A stretch of 63,216 bases of DNA, counting the filler, from Octopus bimaculoides (Eukaryota), in NCBI RefSeq assembly GCF_001194135.2. It is 7 parts of 7 records of this genome, joined end to end, with 100 filler letters (N's around TTAATTAATTAA, not from the genome) between each part and the next. Parts side by side here need not be neighbours in the genome. Positions count along the whole stretch, not along the records: positions 1 to 28,926 come from NC_068985.1; 6 more parts are not named here. One strand, written 5' to 3'. The position numbers and the translations under genes were made by a program. Numbering within the stretch: position 1 is the first letter of the stretch; each line of letters starts with the position of its first letter. Shown here piece by piece: positions 1 through 11,062 of the stretch. Below the pieces are notes generated by a model, which did not search any database, was not told where the DNA came from, and saw only the letters and a list, made by a program, of their open reading frames with translations.

Positions 1-800
1 ATATATATGTATGTGTGTGTGTGTGTGTACATGTGTGTGTGTGTGCGTGTGTGTGTGTAAGTGTATGTATATGTATATATGTATATAAATATACATACAG
101 ACATATATATATATGCACATATACGGAAAAATAGACTATATCATGACAAACGGTAAACCGGACAAAAAAACAAGATTCAAGGACCATTCGGAGCAGATGT
201 CCTCATCAGTGAGAGTCCGGAAAGTCCTTGCGGTTTCGCACTTATTTATCCCTGCTATCGCTCAAATCCTGAAATCACCAGTGTCTTAAGCGAAAAGCAT
301 TAAGAATCTGAGAAAAGCAAACGAATGTATAGAGGAATGAAAACAAGAACACGAAAGGTAGAATGATGCAAGTCGAAGATAATTGTACGTTTACAAATGA
401 ATGAATAACAGACACTTTCTATATATACAGACACACAAACACACTCAAATGTGTATATATGTATTTATGCACGCACACGCACGCGGACACACATACGCGC
501 GCTCAAGCAAACATACACACACGTATGTATATACTCATATACATTAAAGTAGATAGAGAGCTAGCAGGCGTGCGTAGAAATAGATATGACATGCGTACGC
601 ACTAGAATGTACCCATATACACATATACATATATATATATGCCTAAATACATATCTATATGGCAAATGACAAGTGTGCACGCACACAAACGTGTTCTTTT
701 GGTTGCATATGAATACATGCGCGTGCGCACATAAACACGCTCATAAACACACACACACAGGCATGCACACACATATAGACAAACAAACAAATATATATGG
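1..800. repeat. Compound (CA/TG/TA)n microsatellite-rich tract; similar tracts recur, e.g. 22420-22800, 28560-29540, 49420-49930, 53512-54190, 59160-60460, 61715-61960
   Basis: Di-, tri- and tetranucleotide repeats are directly visible. They generate the YI/HT/CV/LS-repeat pseudo-ORFs in the ORF track. Confidence 0.95.
121..370. repeat. Interspersed repeat family (possibly Penelope pLTR-derived), copy 1
   Basis: Aligns by eye to the reverse complement of 51210-51390 and 52482-52700: shared cattcggag...tcctc...tttcg...aagc.aa.agcatta..gaaaagca.cgaatgtata. Penelope origin is inference. Confidence 0.5.
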
Positions 801-2371
801 TTTAGACGAATAATTTAGACTGTCGATCATCAGTTTGTCACTGAATTTCAATTGCTTCCCTAAAAGCCTAGAGAACGTTGCCTGTCGTCCTCCTCTGAAG
901 TCAATAAAATTACTTGAAACGATTATATTGAATCAAACATGTGGCAGTATCGCAACAGAATGAGCACCAACCGTCCCTACATCGCGGAACAGAAAAACGT
1001 ATATTTCACTTATGAGGTCTTAGCGGAAATGTGCGGTCATGTGATTTGTGATGCTCACGTTTCAAATACTACTTTGTGCCTCCCTGTTCTCTGTGTATTT
1101 CCTGCCAAAGATTTATTGGTTAAGCGCTTTTTGCGTTCACTGAAATTTTCCTGAGAATTGATGATAATTTTCTTCTTCAAATTACATAAAACCTACATAC
1201 CTAATAGATACATATACCTAATATACATCACAGGTTTCAAGTAAAAAGTGTCCTCTGTTCAACAGATTAACGTCCAAACACAAATGGACATATTCATGAA
1301 ACTGCTTTTATGCACACAATTATCTAGTGGTTGACTCCCTGTTGTTAATTAATGTACCTTTTACATAATTTATTTTCACACAATTTTCACTTTTAATAAG
1401 AAAGTATGGTGTGGTTGTTGTTTTAATCGCAACCGGATCAAGTGTATATGCTTATCAGCAATAGGTTTTAAGTTATTATATTGTATTTCGGTCTTACACT
1501 CAGCACTTGGAGAATGTGTGAATGTTGCACAAGATTAGCAAACTATTTCATATGATTGGTTTACTTCCAGATCAATTTGGAACTAAGAGCTTCTACATTA
1601 ACAGCGGAAAGAAAGTAGGGTCGTAATGTTAAATGTAAGGGCACGAAATTATGACATCGTAAATCTGAGACAAGACCCATTCAAGTGTAATGGGAGACAT
1701 GAACACATGACACGTTTTCGTAATCGATAGAATAATTAAAAATTGAAAGTAACTGGAGAACACTTCAACAGCTACTGTGATTCAATAGCTATCCCAATGA
1801 GTCTGCAATAGAGCTGCTCTAACTTAAGCATAAAATTCGGGAAGGAACACCATTTATATTCAGCAGAAACGAATGCACGTTTACAGGTCATGCAAATTAG
1901 AGGATTTCCAAAATATTGGGAGAAATTATACCCTTGCTTAAACTTGTAGTATATACATCACATTCAATAAAGGTCAATACATTTCACTATTCAGGAACAG
2001 GAAATAGCGCTGATTCATAAAAGTGATGCGAGGCCTCAGCACATTTATGTAGTGATAGATAATAATGGTTTTGCCATATCAGAGTGGTAGGTGACACCGT
2101 TATTGCCAGTGAATATCAACAAATGGTTTACAAAATAATGTTCGCAATAAATTGTTTGTCAAAAGCGGACCTGACTATCTTACAAAGGCAAAAACATTTA
2201 TTCCATTATATTTACACCATGACAAGTAGCATTCAAATAAAAAGGAAATCCCGATGCTAGCACGATGGACCTCATTTATCTATGGCACAAGACAAGTTAA
2301 GCTTTCACTGTTGTAAAGGCCAGTAACTGTGAATCTATCCCTTATAATAATGGAATAAGTGAATATGTATT

Positions 2372-4135
2372 ATGAACAACTTGGTTATAGAATATCATAG
2401 GTAAGTACTTTAATAAATGCGCTGGAATATGTGACAAAAGATTACTATATAGTGATTTGCTAGGGCTTTTCAAAAAACAGAATGACGTAAACTCAGTCAC
2501 ATCCTTCAGATCCAATATATAAGGAATACACAGAAAATTGTTGAAAAGACTCTCAAACTGTGTTTCGAGGAATCGACATCTACACACATCCAGACGCCTG
2601 CATACATCATATGCCCATATATAAACAGCAATTACACTTACACTTGTACTACAGATTTATGCAAATCCTTCATGTGAGGACAGGTATGTGCACTTTACAC
2701 TTTTACAAACGTCCAATATTTTCTTGAAAAAATAAATTATCTTTTTGTTAGTAACCGCTTTGAATTTGTACAGAATTAAAAAAAAACAACATGTATAAAT
2801 ATCCACATGCACATATGCATGTATACATACATAAGCATAATCACTTCATCTCCATAAAAATAATATGAACGCCCACACTTTGATCGTTTTAAATTTTGTT
2901 TTAGCACTCAGAACTTTTCTACAGAAACGTTCACGTAGAAAGGTAAGATTAGAAAATTTACAAGTATTTCATAAAGAAGAAATTATGACAGTTGAAATTT
3001 TATATATGTATGAATGCATATATGTATGTATCTCTCTCTTCGACTCTGTATGTGTGTATGTATGTGTATGTAGGCATATATACATACATACATACATATA
3101 TATANNNNNNNNNNNNNNNNNNNNNNNNNNNNNNNNNNNNNNNNNNNNNNNNNNNNNNNNNNNNNNNNNNNNNNNNNNNNNNNNNNNNNNNNNNNNNNNN
3201 NNNNNNNNNNNNNNNNNNNNNNNNNNNNNNNNNNNNNNNNNNNNNNNNNNNNNNNNNNNNNNNNNNNNNNNNNNNNNNNNNNNNNNNNNNNNNNNNNNNN
3301 NNNNNNNNNNNNNNNNNNNNNNNNNNTATATATATATTGTATACATGTATATATGCATAAATAAGAGAGGGAGAGGGGAAATAAATAATTTCTTTATAAA
3401 AATCTGTGGTAGATTGAATGTATGGAAAATGCATTTTTATAATCATTGTTGCTTTTCGTATTTTCTTTCAAAATATATACATGAACAAAAACTTACAATG
3501 AAAAAGCAGGAACAATATGATGCTGATGATATTCTGAAATTTCAAAATTCATTAGAAGAGTAAAGAATATGAAATAAGATTAGAAGAATTACGGTGAGAA
3601 AAATGCATTTGGCAACAGGAATAGATGAAATTAACCAAATAAGATGTAGGATACAATGCGAATGCATTATTATTCTTATCATTTCATTGTAGCATCTTTT
3701 CTATGTCCTTTCTTATTTTTCTAATTCATTCAAATCCAGAAACATTATTCAAAATATATTGTCGAAATAACTATATGATATGTGTATAGCTAATGTGATC
3801 TGTATACACATATATTCTCCAAAGCAGTTTGTGTGTGCACGATACTATACATGATGTACATGTGCCTGTATGTGTTCACTGAACTGCATTATACATTATA
3901 TACTTTGCATTCATAAATTGAAAATGTAAGGTAGGGGTGGGGCACAATGAGTAATATTTACTGCATTCTTGAATTTGAGAAAAAAAAAATTTTTTACAAA
4001 TGTTCATGTGTCTTACAAAAACATATATCAGCTAAGCAAATGACCTTCTCTAAAACATTTTCAGAACCCTGTTTCAGAAAATCATCTCCGTTTTCTTTCT
4101 GTATATGATAAACAAATTTAACCGAGGCAAAATGA
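2372..4135 (+). CDS. Candidate chain of short host-gene exons, product unidentified
   Basis: Exons 2372(or 2391)-2400, 2655-2683, 2905-2942, 3556-3593 and 4065-4135. Each has a GT donor (GTAAGT, GTATGT, GTAAGA, GTGAGA, GTAAGA), the internal ones have AG acceptors, and phases are compatible. Joined translation: MNNLVIEYHRFMQILHVRTALRTFLQKRSRRKKSKEYEIRLEELRTLFQKIISVFFLYMINKFNRGKM. No homologue recognised. Confidence 0.35.
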
Positions 4136-4414
4136 GTAAGAAAGTATAAAGTAAATTTGTGTCTTCAAATACTCCAGAATTACACATGAAAAAGGCTGAT
4201 GCACATCAATATCCATTCTTATTCCGCAGAAACATAAAAATGCAACAAAAATTGAAATATCTGAGTCAAATAAAAATGTCACAAATATCTGAGTCTTGGT
4301 GTGGCACATGATATGAAATGAATGAAACATGACTAAATCTAAAAACTCAACATGCAATATTTATTCTGAGCAATTTCGACAAACAAATGTCATAGGCGCA
4401 GACGTGACTTCTAT

Positions 4415-4586
4415 AAGTGCAGGTGTGGCTGTGTGGTAAAAAGCTTGCTTCCAACCACATGGTTCCGGATTCAGCCCCATGGTATGGCTCCTTCGTCAAG
4501 TGTCTTCTGCTATAGCCTCGGGCCTTCCAAAGCCTTGTGAGTGGATTTGGTAGACGGAAACTGAAAGAAACCCGTCACGTGTATAA

Positions 4587-4628
<42 letters not shown>

Positions 4629-4810
4629 ATACGTTTGTCCCGCACAATCGCTTGACGACCGATGTTTACGTCCCCGTATCTAGCGGTATGGCAAAAGAGA
4701 TCGATAGAATAAGTGCTAGGTTTACGACGAATAAGTCCTGTGGTCGATTTCTTCGACTAAAGGCAGTGCTCTGCAGCATGACTGCAGTCAGTTGGCTGAA
4801 ACAAGTAAAA
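4415..4810 (+). mobile_element. tRNA-derived SINE, family A (head, internal microsatellite, tail)
   Basis: Head gtgtggctgtgtggtaaaaagcttgcttccaaccacatggttccggattcag with A/B-box-like motifs, then ggtagacggaaactgaaagaa, (TG)n and the tail cgatagaataagt...ggtcgatttcttcgactaaagg. Multiple copies in the window. Confidence 0.85.
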
Positions 4811-4908
4811 CTATTACGATCAATTTATTTCGGCTGACATTTTGGGCACCAGAATTCATCACATAATATCCATTGCTTACCTTTCTTTCCTATGTAAAGT
4901 CGCCAAAA

Positions 4909-5160
4909 TCATTCAAACTTTATGTACCTGATGTTGTTTACATTTCCAGAAAATACAGTTTCTTCATGGTCACTACGGGCTTCTTCTGTGGAAATGTATT
5001 CTCTTCCTTGACTTTTCCAATGCTTCCTCTTTGGGTTTGCAGTTAGCTTGTCCTCATTTGCACCCATCTCAAAAATGGACGGGCACTTCTTCTGTTATAA
5101 AGAACTCACGAACTTACGATCGCGAGCCAAATACCACTAAACCATCCGACTTCACGGTAC
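4909..5160 (-). CDS. Candidate host exon(s), product unidentified
   Basis: 43-nt segment 5160-5118 between cttcttgcag and gtaagt (YREVGWFSGIWLAI or GTVKSDGLVVFGSR). A second acceptor ttctttataacag opens a 60-codon frame 5091-4909 (KKCPSIFEMGANEDKLTANPKRKHWKSQGREYISTEEARSDHEETVFSGNVNNIRYIKFE*). The plus strand is also open here, so the strand is uncertain. Confidence 0.25.
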
Positions 5161-5470
5161 CTGCAAGAAGCATGAATAAATAAGCAATCGAATAAAGGGT
5201 GGACCTCTTTGGAAAAGAAAAACATCAGAAACTATTTTATTGAGTCAAACGGTTAGCGGTGTTGGAAATATTGTTTATAAAGGGAGGAGTTGGTGAACAA
5301 ATGAAAGTAAAGAAAAACCACAGCTGAGAAAAATAATGATATTAAATAAAACAAAGTTAAAGATATTGTGTGATGAAGTAAATGTGATTAACAATTCATA
5401 CTGAAATTAAATAAGGTTGTTAGAGAAATAACTGAGCGCAAGTGGGGCAACAACAAATGGCATATAAAAA

Positions 5471-6662
5471 TATTGGGTTGACCAGCTTGAAGCACACTAA
5501 TAAGCACCTAACTTTAGTCCAGTATGTCCCTTGTGCATGCGCAGCCATTTAAATACTTTACATTTCGACGTAGTCCGATGCGAACTGGCGCTGAGACAGG
5601 TTGGATTTTGTCTGCTTGGCATACCCCTTAAAGGGAAGAATCAAATCGAACATTATAAACACCTCAAAAGTTGTTCCTTTTAGAAGTGTAAAAAAACGGT
5701 GGAACCGTACAGAAAGATACGTACTATGTACGGAAAAGATGCTTTTACAGAATGTATGTGCCAGAAGTGGTTTTCAAGTTGCTTCTTCGATTCAAGATGC
5801 ACCACACTCTGGTCAGCCAAGCAAGAAAATCAAGACATTAGTTACACCAACCCCCATAGTACTATCACGGTAATCATATATATATATATGTTTCAATTAT
5901 TCAAATCAAATGTTAAATACCATTTGCATCAACTTGTTTAAGTCATCAGGGTCGATGCTTGGGTCACATTCTAGACATCTCAAGCTTTTTTTTTTTCATT
6001 TAAAAACGTAAGAAAACGGAGGAAACATGCAAAAAGATATGCGCTCTGTACGGAGATTTTTGCAGAATGTNNNNNNNNNNNNNNNNNNNNNNNNNNNNNN
6101 NGATGATTGAAGAAAGCGATCTCCGCCCAAAAGATTTCGAAATCTGATTCGTTGCAGAAACGATCGTTTTTTGAAGAAAATGTTGACATGGAATACAAAA
6201 TTGTATCGTCTATAACTATGTGAATTACAAACACTCATGAGAGATGCACGACGAATCATCCCAAACAATTTCCAAAGCAGGACTTAAGCTTTCAATTAGA
6301 TGGGTTGGAAGAGTGTTGCAAGCTTCTTCCTACAGACAGGATCATGAACCTGGGAAGTTTTACCGCACCTTCCTTATTCACTCGACCTTGCTACTTCAGA
6401 TTTTCGCTTGTTGCTGTCTCTTCAAAATTAATCAATTGGACAAGTTTTGAACTCCGAAGAAGATGCAAAATTCACCTGCAAGAAACTTTCACCTATAAAG
6501 AATGGAAAATATTTCAATAGAGAATATTGGACCAATCCAAAAGACGGCAGCAGTTACTGGAGAGAAAGGTTTATTATATCACTGATTGAATTAATCGTTT
6601 GGTGTTTAAAATTTGTCTCGTTTACGCTTAAAAAGCCGAACTGGCTTTTTGGCCAATCCAAT
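5471..6662 (+). mobile_element. Degenerate mariner (Tc1/mariner) DNA transposon
   Basis: Broken transposase motifs: QDAPHSGQP, HLHQL..RVDAW, IVYNYVN, EVLPHLPYSLDLATSDF (YSPDLAP-like). Imperfect TIRs attgggttgacc / ggccaatccaat. Confidence 0.8.
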
Positions 6663-6949
6663 TCAATATATATTTGATTACAAAACGTTAACGCTAATTA
6701 CTGGGATTTCAAAGAAATGGACAGTTACATAACATTTCGGGAATGAGTGGTGTCCAGTGACGCTAATTAAATAGCTTTAATGCGAAATGTAATTCTCTTT
6801 TGACCAATGTCTCATATAATTTTCGGTTTTTTAAATTTTTGGAATCATCCCTTCCAACTTAAAATAATATAGAATTACCTTATCATCTGTAATTATTATT
6901 AGAATACATCGTTTATGAAACTTCTCCATTCATTTGTAAAAATAAATTA

Positions 6950-8090
6950 TTTTGAATGAATATCGGTTAATATTCCTGTCCACAACTTTTACCAATGCTC
7001 CTTTGTCTGTACTGGAATATTTCCTTCTTATGTTTGAAGAATAACATGAACCACATCTATTTTCAGTCTTTACAGTTGAAAGGTTCTTCTTGGAGAATTT
7101 TTGCACTCTCTTCATAGTTCAGAACGAACGTTAAGATTGGAACAAAAATTACTAAGTGAATTTATTTTATCACTGCATAACAAATTTTCACTCGAATCTC
7201 CTTCTTGTATTCTTAATTCTAGTTTTCTTTCCCCTAATTTTCTGAAAAATAAAACAACATAACATAATCTAATATATACGGATTGGGAGAGAGTAGGAGG
7301 GTGAGGGATGGTCACACGCTGCTGCTTAGAGTTACTGATTATTTTGGAGAAATGGCTTTTTCTCACAGTTTTTACTGACAAAATGAAACCCATGAAATAG
7401 ATGTGGTTCATGTAATTCTTCAAACATGGGGAGGAAATAGTCTAGTGGAGACAAAGGAGCACTCGTAAAAGAAGTTGTTAGTGTGGGTTGTGGATAGAAA
7501 CATTAACTGATAACAAAAAGATTGGAGACGGCGTTTGGAAGTGAAAAAATATCTTCATAGAATGAGTTATGGTGGATGTAGTACATTACTTAGTAATCCA
7601 GACAACAATAAATGTTACATTATCGGTAGGAGAAGCAGAGACAAAAAAGTTTCACTGCCAGTAAGACTAGATGTTTTAGTGCATTGGCAATGGAACCTTT
7701 GCTGATATTGTTTAATACTGTTAAATTCTTAGAATTGATTAAACAGCGATGAATGAAGACTGGTCATGCACTTTCATCCATCGGTTTTCAATCTGATAAA
7801 TGTCAACCTACACTAAAAGCATATTAATGAAATTCTGTATCCCACTTCCTTTAATGATTGAAAATGAAAAGACAGTATTGCATCCCTACAAATGTTTCTT
7901 TCCTATGGTGTTGGACAAGTTTCAAAAATGTTAAAAGCGTCTTAATTATGGCAATTTGTCCATTTTGTCCGTCTTTTCAATCCTCCTACTCTGAAGTGTA
8001 CTCCGGTCATCTTTTTAATAACCTCACCGATGTAGGATGTTTTTATAGGTGCATGAACAACCATCGCGGACATATGGGTTACACATAGAC
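6950..8090. mobile_element. Highly decayed RTE-like LINE remnants in both orientations
   Basis: Minus-strand PTLSQSVYI and ENLLCSDKI (RT-like), plus-strand KRLETAF (RLEAFEM-like) and a minus-strand VVHAP..DAFN endonuclease-like segment. All similarities are weak. Confidence 0.35.
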
Positions 8091-8383
8091 TTTGCAGTTA
8101 GCCACTGTGTAGTAATAAACTATTTTGTTAATTTAGAAGTGTAAACAGTTTTGATAAGGCTTATATAAAAGAGGTAATCGAAAAGATATGTTACAACGAA
8201 ATAACACTATGCATGTCTCTCTTCGTGCCTAGGATCTTTTAATAGAACCACTCACTCACGGTACCGCACTAAACTGATGCTGACCAGTCACTCATGATAT
8301 TCATTTTCGCCAGCTGAGCTGATTGCACGTACGAAAGTGTCGTGCCTAAGGGCTCAAACAATTCTTCTCTTACACTAGAAATA

Positions 8384-9576
8384 TCAGGTCATTAAGAATG
8401 AAATGTCCGATTTTCTCATTCACCAAATTTTGTAGTCGTTAACTCTAAAGACTTATCCTGACAATCCTCCGTTTTTCAACATTGAAAAGTTACATCAGCT
8501 CTTTTCGAAATGTAATTCCCGATGTCTGATTATACTATGAGTCGTTTTCTCTTGTAAATCAATTTTTGTGAACCCATGGATTGATAAAAAGAAAATTGTG
8601 TTGTTTATGAATATGAGTTCTGTCATGGAATCACAGCATCTCAGACAGCGCGAAATATCAATAAGGAGCTTGGTGAAGATGTGGCGAATGAGCGCACTGT
8701 ACGTCGATGGCTTGAGAAGTTTCAGTCTGGTTACGTTACTCTTGAAAATCAGACCCGTGGTAAACTTGAGACGAAGGTGGATAATGATGAGATGGAAGCT
8801 GTAGTGGAAGCGAATACAACTCAAATTGCGCGTGAGTTAGTAGCAGGGCTTGATGTTTCGATTCCAACTCTATTGGACCGTCTGAAACAAATCAGCAAGT
8901 TAAAGAAGCTGGACAAGTGGGTACCACACGAACTGAACGAGCATCAAATGACACGTCGTCTTGAAGCTTGCTGTTGTTTGCTGTCACGGCATAAATGTGA
9001 AACATTTTTGCATCGTATTGCTGCTTGTGATGAAAAATGGATTCTTTTCAACAATATCAAGCGTTCTGCACGGTGGTTGTATAGAGACGAAGTGACAAAA
9101 CACAATCCATAAATAATATTCACCAAAAATACAAGTGTACATAAATCAATTGGATGAAATAAGTGAACTTGCAATTAAACAATAGAAACAGTCCAATTTT
9201 CTTGCAAGAAAATGCTCGACCACATGTTTCACAAAGAACGTTACTCAAGCTACAGGACCTGAACTTGGAAGTACTCTGTCATCCACCATATTCACCACAC
9301 CTTGCACTAACTGGCTATCACCTTTTCGAGGCTTTAGACAACATTTAAAAGAAAGTATTACAAATCTGAAGAAGATGCAAAAAACAACCTTTCGTGATTT
9401 CATCACCACTTGCTCTCCAAAATTCTTCGCTGCCGGCATGAATAAACTACCGATAAAATGGAAAAATTGTGTTGATAATTTAGGTGCATACTTTAATTAC
9501 TTGCATTGCTCTTTGTTGCAATAAAGTAAAATAAACCTTCAGTTTAAAATCGGACATTTCATTCTTAGTAACCTGA
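8384..9576 (+). mobile_element. Mariner transposon (Hsmar1/cecropia-like) with intact ends and an internal deletion
   Basis: TIRs tcaggtcattaagaatgaaatgtccgatttt and aaaatcggacatttcattcttagtaacctga (2 mismatches), flanked by TA at 8382-8383 and 9577-9578. Confidence 0.95.
8576..9500 (+). pseudogene. Mariner transposase pseudogene
   Basis: HTH region (NERTVRRWLEKF), WVPHEL, CDEKW, FLQENARPH and HPPYSPHLA motifs. Frameshifts, stops and loss of much of the catalytic middle region. Confidence 0.9.
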
Positions 9577-10172
9577 TAGAACCTATGACCTCATTACCGT
9601 TTCTAAACTACCTAAGCATGCACCTTCAAATGTTATATGCGACTGGTTGTAATAAATACATGTTATCAGAGATAGTGAGTTGACGCATTTAACATGATCC
9701 TTCTATTTTAGATGTAGTTTTCTTCGAATAACGGAGTATTTGGCTTGTCGCAGTATTGTCACCACAAACTGAGTAGATTGCTTTCCTATTCAAAATCACT
9801 GCTCATCTATTAGAAGATATATTAAGGGATCTGTTCGTAGCTCACAATATATATGCTGTGAGGTGAATAGGTTTCGAGATGATGGTACCTGTATACCGAA
9901 GACTGAAATGCAATGCAGAGTTGCATTATTTATATGACAGTGTGTTGTCATATTGTTTTTAAAAATACAGTTTTTACGATTCCAATACATAAGTTCCGTT
10001 TTCGGCAATTTAGCTTTTGTTTTTGGCTTGAACTGACTTAAATGAAATTTAGAAGACTGCCTCGTTGGTTGTAACCCAGTTCAATGCAGATTAATACACA
10101 ACGAATATGTAAATATGATATTCAGCGCAATTCTCAATGATGTTACATGATTATATATATATATATATATAT

Positions 10173-10232
10173 CAGGCGGTGCTCCAGCATGGTCACAGTC
10201 AACTGACTGAAGCACGTAAAAGAATAAAGGAA
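10173..10232 (+). mobile_element. SINE family A 3' tail fragment
   Basis: ggcggtgctccagcatggtcacagtcaactgactgaagcacgtaaaagaat matches the family A tail. Confidence 0.75.
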
Positions 10233-11016
10233 TAACTTCTGTCATATGGATTCGAAAAACGGCCATCATATTTTCTCCCAAATTTTCCATAATCTGAAAT
10301 CACGAAAATTGAACGTACCATTGGAACTACACCACAAATTTGTAATAAAAAGAGCAATCAATTAAATTAGCTTCTATGCTAATCGATGTGGGCTTATATT
10401 ACGAATACCAGAAGAGTGACATATAAATTTGATAGTGGTTCTATTTGAACTCGGCGTATAAAGAAACGTAACCGCATAAATAACGTCATATATTTTTCAG
10501 GCCTCCGACTGTTTCTATCACCGTCTTCCTTCCTAAAGTATTCAATGCTGATTCATTTAAATCATATTTAGCAGTTTATGTTTGACTAATTGGTAGGGCA
10601 ATATATACGGTTATATATCGAATTAATTTCTTTATACTTAGTCATTTTTATTGTACGAATTGCGTCAATTTTTATTTGTGCATTTCCTTTCTATCGGAGT
10701 CGATACGATCGATTATTTGCGTAACAGACGTGTGGCACCGTTTCAAATGTATGCTTTTGAATTGGTTTGCTTACTGTCATTCATTTGTTGTTATTAAGTT
10801 CATCTCCTAAGATACTATGGTATTAATACGAGTGACTAAAATATTGTACGGCTGTAATTCTAGCTGAGGTTGTACTATTTTTACAAAACAAAACTTTTTA
10901 AATGTCACTATAGAAAATATATATTATGCCGTCTCTATTATAACATTAGGTAACTTGTGTAGCTGGTTTGGACAAAATATTGGGCAATTCCAATTGTTTC
11001 ATATTGCACACAACCC

Positions 11017-11062
<46 letters not shown>

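Noticed and set aside
6150-6175. GAAAC GATC GTT palindromic stem III
   Set aside because: Lies inside mariner coding sequence with no CUGANGA or stem II partner; chance match.
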